A DNA stretch of 64,000 nucleotides from Campylobacterota bacterium (GTDB taxonomy: Bacteria > Campylobacterota > Campylobacteria > Campylobacterales > Arcobacteraceae), in contig JBNJFB010000005.1 in the NCBI GenBank assembly GCA_051746405.1, forward strand, positions 1,993 through 65,992. Reading direction: 5' to 3'. The notes beneath the pieces were generated by a model. It worked only from the letters and a program-made list of their open reading frames with translations, did no database searches and had not been told where the DNA came from. Each line of letters starts with the position of its first letter. Position 1 is the stretch's first letter. This document shows, one piece after another, positions 41,544 through 51,081 of the stretch. The translations under genes were made by a program, and so were the position numbers.

Positions 41544-42821
41544 TTACTTCCAATAATATTGAACAGCACCCTCTAGTTGTGCTTCTATTTCAAGAAGTCT
41601 ATTATATTTCTCTATTCTCTCACCTCTACTAGATGAACCTGTTTTTATATGTCCTGCATCAAATGCAACTGCAAAATCAGCTATAAACGTATCCCCTGTT
41701 TCTCCTGACCTATGTGATATAAATGTTCTAAATCCATTCTCTTTACACATCTTTATTGCATCTATTGATTCACTAACAGTTCCAATCTGATTTAACTTAA
41801 TTAAAACAGAGTTCGCACTTTTAAGTTCAATGCCTTTTTTTATATATTTTGTATTTGTTACAAAAAGATCATCTCCTACAACTTCAATATCATTACCTAG
41901 CTTTTGAGTAAATCTTGCAAAACCATCCCAGTCATTTTCTCCAAGTGGATCTTCCCAAGATATTATTGGATATTTTTTGCACCAACTTTGTGCCATTTCT
42001 ATCATTTCATCACTTGTTTTTATTCCACTATTTGACCACTTTAAATTATATTGATTATGGCTATTTTCAACTAAAAATTCACTAGCTGCACTATCTATTG
42101 CTATACTTATTTGCTCACCTGGTTTATACCCTGCATTTTTTATAGCTTCTACAATAAGCTCCATTGCTTCTTCGTTAGAATCAAGATTTGGAGCAAAACC
42201 ACCCTCATCACCTACACTAGTAGCTTTTTTTTGAGTTTTTAAAAGTTTTTTAAGCTCATGAAATGTTTCAGTAGCATACTGAAGACCTTCTTTAAATGAA
42301 GGTGCACCATGGGGTACAACCATAAACTCTTGAATATCTACACTATTATCTGCATGACTTCCCCCATTTAAAATATTCATACAAGGTACAGGTATTCTTC
42401 TAACATTACTTCCACCAAGATATCTATAAAGTGGCATATCACTATATATAGCTGCTGCTTTTGCCACTGCCATAGAAACCCCTAAAATTGCATTTGCTCC
42501 AAGATTTTCTTTTGTTGCAGTACCATCTAAATCTATCATAGTTTGATCTATCATAGTTTGATTCATACAACTCATCCCTTTTATCTTATTTGCAATAATA
42601 TTTTTTACATTATCAACAGCTTTTAATACCCCTTTACCACCATATCTATTTTTGTCATTATCTCTTAGTTCAACCGCTTCATTTACTCCTGTACTAGCAC
42701 CACTTGGTACAGAAGCTGATGCTATAATTCCACAAGCTAGTTTTACATAAACTCTAATAGTAGGATTTCCTCTACTATCTAAAATTTCTAACGCATTTAT
42801 ATCTTGTATAGTTCCACTCAT
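41544..42821 (-). CDS. eno: Enolase
   Basis: DSRGNPT, PSGASTG, DEGG, LIKLNQIG, SHRSGET. Confidence 0.96.
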   Translation of the reverse strand: MSGTIQDINALEILDSRGNPTIRVYVKLACGIIASASVPSGASTGVNEAVELRDNDKNRYGGKGVLKAVDNVKNIIANKIKGMSCMNQTMIDQTMIDLDGTATKENLGANAILGVSMAVAKAAAIYSDMPLYRYLGGSNVRRIPVPCMNILNGGSHADNSVDIQEFMVVPHGAPSFKEGLQYATETFHELKKLLKTQKKATSVGDEGGFAPNLDSNEEAMELIVEAIKNAGYKPGEQISIAIDSAASEFLVENSHNQYNLKWSNSGIKTSDEMIEMAQSWCKKYPIISWEDPLGENDWDGFARFTQKLGNDIEVVGDDLFVTNTKYIKKGIELKSANSVLIKLNQIGTVSESIDAIKMCKENGFRTFISHRSGETGDTFIADFAVAFDAGHIKTGSSSRGERIEKYNRLLEIEAQLEGAVQYYWK

Positions 42822-42843
42822 TAATCTACCCTCTTATTTTATT

Positions 42844-43911
42844 TTATAATCTATTTAAACAATTTAAATCTTCAAATGTTTTCATTGCTCTTTTTACCAT
42901 ACTATCTTGTCCCGCTCTCAACCACTTCCTTGGGTCATAATACTTCTTATTTGGACTACTTTCTCCTGATGGATTTCCAATTTGAGACTGTAAGTATTGA
43001 TGATTTATTTTTTCATACTCTCTTATGCCATCCCAAAATGCCCATTGCATATCTGTATCAATATTCATTTTAACTACCCCAAAACTAATAGCATCTTTTA
43101 TATCTGATACTGAACTTCCACTACCACCATGAAAGACAAAATTCACAGGTTTTGTTTCAGTTTTTAAAGTATCTTTTATATATTTTTGTGAATTGTCTAA
43201 TATTTGAGGTTTTAAAGTCACATTACCTGGTTTATATACTCCATGTACATTTCCAAAGCTAGCTGCAATAGTAAAATTTGGAGATATTTTTGATAACTTA
43301 TCATAGGCATAACAAACTTCACTTGGTTGTGTATAAAGTGAAGTTACATCAGCATCACTATTATCAACTCCATCCTCTTCTCCACCTGTAATACCAAGTT
43401 CAATCTCTAAGGTCATACCAATTTTTGACATTTGTTTTAAATACTTCGATGAGATTTCAATATTTTCTTCTAAAGTCTCCTGACTTAAATCTAACATATG
43501 AGATGAGAAAAGGGGTTTTCCTGTTTTAGAAAAATGCTCTTCACTAGCTTCTAATAACTTATCTATCCATGGTAAAAGCTTTTTTGAAGCATGGTCTGTA
43601 TGGAGTATTACAGGAATACCATAATTTTTTGATACTTCATGAACATGTTTAGCACCTGCAATTGCACCAATTACATCTGCATTTTCATTATTAATATTTC
43701 CTGCATTAAACTTAGCTCCACCATTACTAAACTGTATAATAACAGGTGAGTTGACTTTTGAGGCTACTTCTAAAGCTGCATTTATTGATTCACTACCAAT
43801 TACATTTATTGCAGGTATTGCAAAGTTGTTATTTTTTGCATAATCAAATACCCTTTTCACATCACTGCCTGTTATAACTCCAGTATCTACAATATTTAAT
43901 AAACCCATCAT
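42844..43911 (-). CDS. fbaA: Class II fructose-bisphosphate aldolase
   Basis: HTDH, FGNVHGVYKPG, FHGGSG, NIDTD. Confidence 0.96.
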   Translation of the reverse strand: MMGLLNIVDTGVITGSDVKRVFDYAKNNNFAIPAINVIGSESINAALEVASKVNSPVIIQFSNGGAKFNAGNINNENADVIGAIAGAKHVHEVSKNYGIPVILHTDHASKKLLPWIDKLLEASEEHFSKTGKPLFSSHMLDLSQETLEENIEISSKYLKQMSKIGMTLEIELGITGGEEDGVDNSDADVTSLYTQPSEVCYAYDKLSKISPNFTIAASFGNVHGVYKPGNVTLKPQILDNSQKYIKDTLKTETKPVNFVFHGGSGSSVSDIKDAISFGVVKMNIDTDMQWAFWDGIREYEKINHQYLQSQIGNPSGESSPNKKYYDPRKWLRAGQDSMVKRAMKTFEDLNCLNRL

Positions 43912-43961
43912 TTTTCCTCTTATGTATTATTTTTTACATTGTAAATAATAAAAGATACAGT

Positions 43962-43975
43962 TTGATTACAATCAA
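43962..43975. promoter_or_regulatory. FNR-type Crp/Fnr-family binding site
   Basis: TTGAT-TACA-ATCAA, perfect consensus, in the 161-bp divergent fbaA/hoxE region. Confidence 0.65.
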
Positions 43976-44072
43976 ATTCAAAAAGTTATAATAATTAAAA
44001 AAAAGCAAAGTAACCATTATGTTACTATGAGTATATATAATTTAGTATATAAATAATAAAATGGAGTAGCCA

Positions 44073-44546
44073 ATGAATGCACAAGCAAATAATAGGTATA
44101 AATTAGTTGAAAAAACTATGAAGAGGTTAGGCTTTGAAAAAAGTTCATTGATAGAGACTCTTCATACGGCTCAAGAAACATTTGGTTATCTTGAAAATGA
44201 AACACTTAAATACATAGCTAAAAGACTAAAAATCCCCTACTCAAAAGTTTATGGAGTAGCTACTTTTTATCACTTCTTTAGACTAAAACCAAAAGGTAAG
44301 CATACAGCTGTTGTATGTACAGGAACAGCTTGCTATATAAAGGGTGCTGATAAAATTCTAAAAGATTTAGAAGATAGATTTGGAATAAAAGCTGGGGAAA
44401 CAACAAAAGACTCTCTCATTTCAGTTTTAACTGCACGTTGTGTTGGTTCATGTTCTATTGCACCTATAGTTATTTATGATAATAAATCAGAAGGTAATCT
44501 TACTTTAGAAGATGCTAAGAAAAATGTTGAGGAACTAATATGTTAA
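44073..44546 (+). CDS. hoxE: Bidirectional hydrogenase diaphorase subunit HoxE (NuoE-like)
   Basis: LIETLH..QETFGYL, YGVATFYHFF, CTGTAC and CVGSC [2Fe-2S] ligands. Confidence 0.88.
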   Translation: MNAQANNRYKLVEKTMKRLGFEKSSLIETLHTAQETFGYLENETLKYIAKRLKIPYSKVYGVATFYHFFRLKPKGKHTAVVCTGTACYIKGADKILKDLEDRFGIKAGETTKDSLISVLTARCVGSCSIAPIVIYDNKSEGNLTLEDAKKNVEELIC

Positions 44547-46159
44547 ATTGTGTTGAAGATTTAGAAAATATAGCCATCAAAAAAAAATCTAGTCAAAAAA
44601 GTTGTAAAAATGAACTTCGTATTTGTACAGGAAGCTCATGTGCTGCTTTGGGTGCAAAAGATTTACAAAAGAGTTTATCTAAAAAAATAAAACAGAATAA
44701 AACAAATAAAGAAACAAAAGCAAAAGCTGTAGGTTGTAATGGCTTATGTTCAGCAGCTATTATGGTATCTTCTTTTAATAAAGAGAATAATAATGAAGTT
44801 ATATATGGTGGTATTCAATTAGAAGATGAGCATAAGCTTCTAGATTTAATTGAAAATAAAAAAAGCTTAGAGGATAAACTTTTAGATACAAATACTCCAT
44901 TTTTTTTAAAACAAAAGAAAATAGTACTTGAAAACGCAGGTATTATAGACCCTGATGATATTGAAGATTATATTATGAATGATGGATATAAAGCTTTATT
45001 TACTGCTCTTGAAGATATGACACCAACAGAAGTAATTGATGAAGTTAAAATTTCTGGACTTCGTGGTCGTGGTGGAGGAGGATATCCAGCAGGTTTAAAA
45101 TGGGAAACAGTATCAAAAGTAGAAGCAAACCAAAAGTATATCATTTGTAATGGAGATGAGGGAGACCCTGGTGCTTTTATGGATAGAGCAGTAATGGAAG
45201 CAGACCCCCACAAAGTACTTGAGGGTATTATTCTTGCAGGTTTTGCTTGTGGTGCATCAAAAGGATATATTTACGTTAGAGCTGAATACCCAATAGCAGT
45301 TGAAAAACTAACAAAAGCTATTAAACAAGCAAAAATGAAAGGTATCCTTGGAAATAATATTGCAAATAGTAGCTTTAGTTTTGATATGGAAATACGACTA
45401 GGTGGTGGAGCGTTTGTATGTGGAGAGGCAACTGCATTAGTATCTTCTATTGAAGGTAATAGAGGAAATCCAAGACAAAAACCACCACATTTAAGTGATT
45501 TTGGACTTTATAAAGACCCTACTATATTAAACAATGTGGAAACATTTGCAAATATAGCTACTATTATACGAAATGGTGGAGCGTGGTACAAGAATATAGG
45601 AACAGAAAAATCAAGTGGAACAAAAGTTTTTGCCCTAACAGGTCATATAAAAAATACAGGTCTTGTTGAAGTCCCAATGGGTATTACACTTCGAGAACTT
45701 ATTTATGATATAGGTGGTGGTATTCCTAATGGTGGGAAACTAAAAGCTATACAAACAGGAGGTCCAAGTGGTGGTTGTATACCTGAAGACCTCTTAGATA
45801 TTACAGTTGATTATGATAGTTTAAAAGAGGTTGGTTCTATAATGGGTAGTGGAGGACTAATTGTTATTGATGAAAGTTCAAATATGGTTGAGGTTGCAAG
45901 ATTTTTTATGGATTTCTCAAAAAGTGAAAGTTGTGGAAAGTGTGTGCCCTGTAGAGTTGGAACAAGCCAATTAGCAGACTTACTAGATAAGTTTATAAAA
46001 AAAGAGGCAAAACAGAGTGATTTTTATCTTTTAAAGAGTCTGTGTGATGTTGTAATTGACTCTAGTCTTTGTGGACTTGGTCAAGCAGCACCAAACCCTA
46101 TAAAAAGTACGATAAAATATTTTGAAGCTGAATATCTTGAAGGAATAGCCAATGATTAA
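44540..46159 (+). CDS. hoxF: Bidirectional hydrogenase diaphorase subunit HoxF (NuoF-like)
   Basis: N-terminal [2Fe-2S] CTGSSC/CNGLC, GRGGGGYP, CNGDEGDPGAFMDR, ESCGKCVPCR, CGLG. Confidence 0.9.
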   Translation: MLNCVEDLENIAIKKKSSQKSCKNELRICTGSSCAALGAKDLQKSLSKKIKQNKTNKETKAKAVGCNGLCSAAIMVSSFNKENNNEVIYGGIQLEDEHKLLDLIENKKSLEDKLLDTNTPFFLKQKKIVLENAGIIDPDDIEDYIMNDGYKALFTALEDMTPTEVIDEVKISGLRGRGGGGYPAGLKWETVSKVEANQKYIICNGDEGDPGAFMDRAVMEADPHKVLEGIILAGFACGASKGYIYVRAEYPIAVEKLTKAIKQAKMKGILGNNIANSSFSFDMEIRLGGGAFVCGEATALVSSIEGNRGNPRQKPPHLSDFGLYKDPTILNNVETFANIATIIRNGGAWYKNIGTEKSSGTKVFALTGHIKNTGLVEVPMGITLRELIYDIGGGIPNGGKLKAIQTGGPSGGCIPEDLLDITVDYDSLKEVGSIMGSGGLIVIDESSNMVEVARFFMDFSKSESCGKCVPCRVGTSQLADLLDKFIKKEAKQSDFYLLKSLCDVVIDSSLCGLGQAAPNPIKSTIKYFEAEYLEGIAND

Positions 46160-46871
46160 GCAAAAAGTCAGAGTAAAAACATTTAAAATTGATGATATAG
46201 ATGTTACAGGAAGATCAGATAGTTCAATACTAGAAGTTGCAAATGAACACAACATAAATATACCAACTCTATGTTATATGGAAGGGTTAAGCTGTGTGGG
46301 AGCATGTAGAATGTGTCTTGTAGAGGTTCGTGGTAGTTCTAAACTTATTCCTGCATGCACAGCAAAAATAAAAGAAGGTATGCAGGTTATTACAAATTCA
46401 ACCAAAGTAGAATCCCACAGAAAAATGGTACTTTCAATGATATTTGCTGAACGAACTCATACATGTAGTGTATGTGTATCAAATGGTCATTGCGAATTAC
46501 AAAATCAAGCAATAGAGCAAAACCTTGAACATAGTTTAGTTCCATATATCCATAAAAGTTTTGAAATGGATGCTTCCCATAAATTTTTCAACTATGACCC
46601 AAACAGATGTATACTTTGTACTAGATGTGTAAGAGTTTGTGATGAAGTTGAAGGGGCTCATGCTTTAGATATTATGGGTCGTGGAATAAATGCAAAAATC
46701 ATACATGATATGGATGAACCATGGAGTGAATCAACCAGCTGTACTAGCTGTGGAAAATGTGTGCAGGTGTGTCCAACAGGTGCATTATTTGAAAAAGGTG
46801 TAAGTGCAACAGAAATGATAAAGAAAAAAGATATAGTAACAAACCTCATTAAAATAAGGGCAAATAGATGA
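46152..46871 (+). CDS. hoxU: Bidirectional hydrogenase subunit HoxU
   Basis: IPTLC, CRMC, HxCxxCxxxGxCELQ, CILCTRC, CTSCGKCVQVCP. Confidence 0.9.
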   Translation: MIKQKVRVKTFKIDDIDVTGRSDSSILEVANEHNINIPTLCYMEGLSCVGACRMCLVEVRGSSKLIPACTAKIKEGMQVITNSTKVESHRKMVLSMIFAERTHTCSVCVSNGHCELQNQAIEQNLEHSLVPYIHKSFEMDASHKFFNYDPNRCILCTRCVRVCDEVEGAHALDIMGRGINAKIIHDMDEPWSESTSCTSCGKCVQVCPTGALFEKGVSATEMIKKKDIVTNLIKIRANR

Positions 46872-47407
46872 AAAAAATAAGAGTTGGTACAGTTTGGTTA
46901 GATGGTTGTTCAGGATGTCATATGTCTTTTTTAGATATGGATGAGAGAATTATTGAGCTATCAGAGTATATGGATGTTGTATATAGTCCCTATGTAGATA
47001 CAAAAGAGATTCCATGTGATGTGGATCTATTTATAGTAGAAGGAGCTTTAAGTACCGACCATGATATTAAAATAATTAAAGAAATAAGAAAAAACTCTAA
47101 AAATATTTTAGCCTTAGGAGACTGTGCGGTAACTGGAAATATCTCAGCTATGAAAAATCTTTTCGGAACAGAAGCTGTTTTACAAAAAGGGTATTTTGAT
47201 TTAGCTGATTACAATGAGAGTGGAAAATATCCATCACAAGTAGTACCAAAACTATTAGATAAAGTAATTCCACTAAATGAAGCAATAGATGTGGATTTTT
47301 TTGTGCCAGGATGTCCTACACCTGCAGATGCAATTTATGAAGTTATTAAAGCAATTATAAAAAACAAAGAGATAAAAATAAGTGAATATACAAGGTTTGG
47401 AAAGTAA
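46868..47407 (+). CDS. hoxY: [NiFe]-hydrogenase small subunit HoxY
   Basis: WLDGCSGCHMS, GDCA, PGCP; no Tat signal. Confidence 0.92.
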   Translation: MKKIRVGTVWLDGCSGCHMSFLDMDERIIELSEYMDVVYSPYVDTKEIPCDVDLFIVEGALSTDHDIKIIKEIRKNSKNILALGDCAVTGNISAMKNLFGTEAVLQKGYFDLADYNESGKYPSQVVPKLLDKVIPLNEAIDVDFFVPGCPTPADAIYEVIKAIIKNKEIKISEYTRFGK

Positions 47408-47408
47408 C

Positions 47409-48839
47409 ATGGAAAAGAAAAAAATAGTAATTAGCCCAGTGACAAGAATAGAAGGACATGCAAAAATCACAATTGATTTAAATAAAAAAGGTAGTGTAGA
47501 TAATGCAAGAATCCATGTGACTCAATTTAGAGGTTTTGAGAAAATTTGTGAGGGAAGACCCTATAGTGAAATGCCCTCACTTACAGCTCGTACATGTGGT
47601 ATTTGTCCTGTTAGCCATGCCATCTCTTCTACAAAAGCATGTGATGAAATACTAGCAGTAAGACCTCCAAAAGCAGGAAGAAATTTGCGTCGTATCATAA
47701 ATCTAGCTCAAATAATACAATCACATGCTTTAAACTTTTATCATCTAAGTGCTCCTGATTTTGTATATGGTTTTGATGCAAAAAAAGATGATAGAAATAT
47801 CTTTAAAATGATTCAAACAAATCCAGATATGGCAAAAGATGGTATAAAATTAAGAGCTTTTGGTCAAAAGATTATTGAAAATCTTGGCGGTAAAAGAATA
47901 CATCCAACTTGGATTGTACCAGGTGGAGTAAGTCACCCTATCACAAAAGAACAAAGAGATGATATCCTAAAACAAATTCCTGAAGCTATGGATATAGCTA
48001 AACGAACTTTAAAATATTTTGTAAATAGTCTTCATAAATTCCAAAAAGAGATAGACTCATTTGGAAATTTTCCATCACTATTTATGGGACTTGTGAATAA
48101 ACATGGGAACTTAGAACACTATGATGGCTTATTAAGATTAGTAGATAGTAATGGTAAAATACTTGAAAATGGAATTAATCCTAAGTTTTACAAAGAGTAT
48201 ATTGGTGAAGCAGTTGAAAATGACACCTATTTAAAATCTCCATACTACAAACCACTGGGATATCCAAAAGGGATGTATAGAGTTGGTCCCCTTGCACGTT
48301 TAAATGTAGCAGAAGCTTGTGGTACACCTCTTGCAGACCAAGAGTTTGATAGATTTAAAAATATCAACAATGGGAAGCCAGTATTAAACTCATTTTACTA
48401 CCACTATGCAAGAATTATAGAGATAATTTATGGTATTGAAAGAATCGAAGAACTTTTAAATGAACCTGAAACATTAGATGAGAATATCAGGTCACATGCT
48501 AATATAAATAGAAACAGAGGTGTTGGATGTAGTGAAGCACCAAGAGGAACACTTTTTCATGACTATGAAGTTTCAAATGATGGTATTATAACCAAACTAA
48601 ATCTTATAATAGCAACTGGAAATAATAACCTTGCTATGAATCAAGGAGTAAAGCAAGTTGCACAAACATTTGTAGATGGAAATAATATTACAGATGGTGC
48701 TTTAAATAGAGTAGAAGCAGTTATCAGATGTTTTGACCCATGTTTAAGTTGTTCTACTCATGCTCTTGGAATTGTTTCATCTAATATAGAAATAAGAGAT
48801 CACGATAAAAAACTATTAAATACTATAAATAGAAATTAA
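47409..48839 (+). CDS. hoxH: [NiFe]-hydrogenase large subunit HoxH (group 3d)
   Basis: TRIEGH, RTCGICP (L1), DPCLSCSTH (L2) followed by a 25-aa cleavable tail. Confidence 0.93.
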   Translation: MEKKKIVISPVTRIEGHAKITIDLNKKGSVDNARIHVTQFRGFEKICEGRPYSEMPSLTARTCGICPVSHAISSTKACDEILAVRPPKAGRNLRRIINLAQIIQSHALNFYHLSAPDFVYGFDAKKDDRNIFKMIQTNPDMAKDGIKLRAFGQKIIENLGGKRIHPTWIVPGGVSHPITKEQRDDILKQIPEAMDIAKRTLKYFVNSLHKFQKEIDSFGNFPSLFMGLVNKHGNLEHYDGLLRLVDSNGKILENGINPKFYKEYIGEAVENDTYLKSPYYKPLGYPKGMYRVGPLARLNVAEACGTPLADQEFDRFKNINNGKPVLNSFYYHYARIIEIIYGIERIEELLNEPETLDENIRSHANINRNRGVGCSEAPRGTLFHDYEVSNDGIITKLNLIIATGNNNLAMNQGVKQVAQTFVDGNNITDGALNRVEAVIRCFDPCLSCSTHALGIVSSNIEIRDHDKKLLNTINRN

Positions 48840-48841
48840 AA

Positions 48842-48867
48842 GGGAGTGTTAAAAAACTCCCCCTTTT
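48842..48867. terminator. Intrinsic terminator between convergent hoxH and pgk
   Basis: GGGAGT-N8-ACTCCC followed by cc-TTTT. Confidence 0.6.
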
Positions 48868-48879
48868 AAAGTGAGTTTT

Positions 48880-50082
48880 TTAATCAAGATTTTCAAAACC
48901 AGGAAGAAGTTTTCCCTCTAATAACTCTAAACTAGCTCCACCACCTGTACTTATGAAACTAATATTCTCTTTCTCTCCTGCTTTGTCTGCAGCATTTGCA
49001 GTATCTCCACCCCCAACAATACTATATGCATAAGTATCTGCAATAGCATGTGCTATTCTAAATGTCCCTTTTGAATATCTACCTATTTCAAAAATACCCA
49101 TAGGTCCATTCCATATAATAGTATTAGACAATCCTATAGCTTCTTCAAAAAGTTTTACAGTAGCAGGTCCGATATCAACAGCCATAAAACCATCTAGCAT
49201 ATCTTGTGATGGCACTACTTTATTATCTACTGGATGGTCTATACTATCTGTTATTACCACATCTACAGGTAAATATAGATTTACTTTAGATGCCCGTGCT
49301 GTTTGTATTATTTCAGTAGCTTCTTGTAAATAATCATTTTCTACAAGTGAAGATTTTGTATCATACCCTATTGCTTTAAGAAATGTATTAGACATAGCTC
49401 CACCAATTATAAGCTTATCTATTTTTGGCATAATATTTTTTAATAGTGTTATTTTTGAAGATACCTTTGCTCCACCTATTACTAAACATATAGGTTCTAC
49501 TGGCTTAAATAATGCTTTTGCAAATGCATCTATTTCACGTTTTAGTAAAAACCCTGCAACCTTAGTTTCCACATACTTTGTTATACCAACAGTAGAACTA
49601 TGGGCTCTATGGCTAGTCCCAAATGCATCATTTACAAAAATATCACAAAGTGATGCCAACTCTTTTGATAACGTTTCATCATTTTTTGTTTCACCAGAAA
49701 AGAATCTAATATTTTCTAATATAAAAACTTTTGAATCATTTGCACTATTTAAAACATCTTTATTTTCTATAAAATTATCTATAAGTTCTACTTTTTTATC
49801 AAGTAATCGCTCTAATCTTTTAACTATATGTTTTAAAGAAAATTTATCTTCATATCCATTTTTCGGCTTTCCTAAATGAGTTACTAAAACTATATTTTTG
49901 GCTTGATGGTCTATACAATAAGTTATTGTTCGAAGTGCTTCTTTAATACGATTATCGTCTGTTATGTTATGATGAGAATCCATAGGTACATTAAAATCTA
50001 CCCGAATAAGTACTCTTTTATTTTTTACATCCACATCTTTTAACGACTTAACATTTTGCATTATTTCTATATTTGATAACAT
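48880..50082 (-). CDS. pgk: Phosphoglycerate kinase
   Basis: RVDFNVP, LENIRF, DAFGTSHRAH, GGAKV, WNGPMG, STGGGASLE; start trimmed to MLSNI after AAGG. Confidence 0.95.
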   Translation of the reverse strand: MLSNIEIMQNVKSLKDVDVKNKRVLIRVDFNVPMDSHHNITDDNRIKEALRTITYCIDHQAKNIVLVTHLGKPKNGYEDKFSLKHIVKRLERLLDKKVELIDNFIENKDVLNSANDSKVFILENIRFFSGETKNDETLSKELASLCDIFVNDAFGTSHRAHSSTVGITKYVETKVAGFLLKREIDAFAKALFKPVEPICLVIGGAKVSSKITLLKNIMPKIDKLIIGGAMSNTFLKAIGYDTKSSLVENDYLQEATEIIQTARASKVNLYLPVDVVITDSIDHPVDNKVVPSQDMLDGFMAVDIGPATVKLFEEAIGLSNTIIWNGPMGIFEIGRYSKGTFRIAHAIADTYAYSIVGGGDTANAADKAGEKENISFISTGGGASLELLEGKLLPGFENLD

Positions 50083-50158
50083 TTTGTACCTTTTTAATAA
50101 TTTATTAATATTATCAAAAATTAAGTACAAAATGATTACAAAATTTTATCAAAAGTAT

Positions 50159-51001
50159 TTAATTTAAAAAGCTATCTTCTACTGCTTGTATCTCTTTTTT
50201 AGAACCAAAATAAAAAGGTGTTTTTTGCTGTATTGATACATTTGTCATATCAAGGATTCGTCCCTTATGACTTATAGCTCGTCCCCCTGCTTCTTCAATA
50301 ATATATGAAATTGGAAAAGCTTCAAATATAATATCATGAACTCCATCAGGAAAAGATTTTGTAGCTGGACTTGAATATACTCCCCCTTTTTTAAACAAAA
50401 TTTGGTGCGTATCCAAAGCCAAAGAGTCAGAAAACCTAAGCCTATAACCCTCATTAAAAAATGAATCTATAAGCTCTTTATGCTCACTTGTCCACTCATT
50501 TGGTAATCCACCAGTTGAGTTTATTTTTCCAGAATTTTCTAGTTTTAGAGGGTCTTGTTCTATAAACTCTCCATTTTCATAGGAAAAGTAAATCACCCCT
50601 TCTTGCTTTGAAGCAAATACTAGTTGGAAAGTTGGACCATAGGTTATATACATTGCAGCTTTTAAGTGAAAAGCATCCATATGATTTTCATAAATTCCAA
50701 AAATAGTACCTAAAGAGAAATCAACATCTATTAAATCTAGATTATCAATTGCAACATAACTAATCTTATACTTGCCATTTTCATTTATTGTTGTATATTT
50801 TTTAGAATATTTACCAATAAAACCATGCACTGATTTAACTTTTTTGAACTCTGTTCTTATTACCTTTGAACAATACTCATTTACTCTATCATGCATCTGC
50901 TCATCGCTTAATCCACTTGAGATAAATTTATCACAATCTGTAAAGACATTTTTTTCAATATCTTCTGCAATATTTGTTATGGCGTTGAAAACTGCTATCA
51001 T
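50159..51001 (-). CDS. Class I FBPase homologue with degenerate active site
   Basis: Overall FBPase_1 layout (GTIFGIY, YGP, GYRLR, GGVYSSP, FEAFP...EEAGG) but VAIDNLD in place of DPLDGSS and GKY in place of SEE. Confidence 0.8.
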   Translation of the reverse strand: MIAVFNAITNIAEDIEKNVFTDCDKFISSGLSDEQMHDRVNEYCSKVIRTEFKKVKSVHGFIGKYSKKYTTINENGKYKISYVAIDNLDLIDVDFSLGTIFGIYENHMDAFHLKAAMYITYGPTFQLVFASKQEGVIYFSYENGEFIEQDPLKLENSGKINSTGGLPNEWTSEHKELIDSFFNEGYRLRFSDSLALDTHQILFKKGGVYSSPATKSFPDGVHDIIFEAFPISYIIEEAGGRAISHKGRILDMTNVSIQQKTPFYFGSKKEIQAVEDSFLN

Positions 51002-51081
51002 TTATATAAACCCTAACTTATTATAATTTGTCAATTGACATTGTTTCTTACAATAATACCAAGTAATTCATTAAAGATTGA

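Noticed and set aside
51029-51040. 12-bp palindrome TGTCAATTGACA upstream of the FBPase-like gene
   Set aside because: It is a single short occurrence explainable as back-to-back -35-like hexamers, with no recognisable regulator
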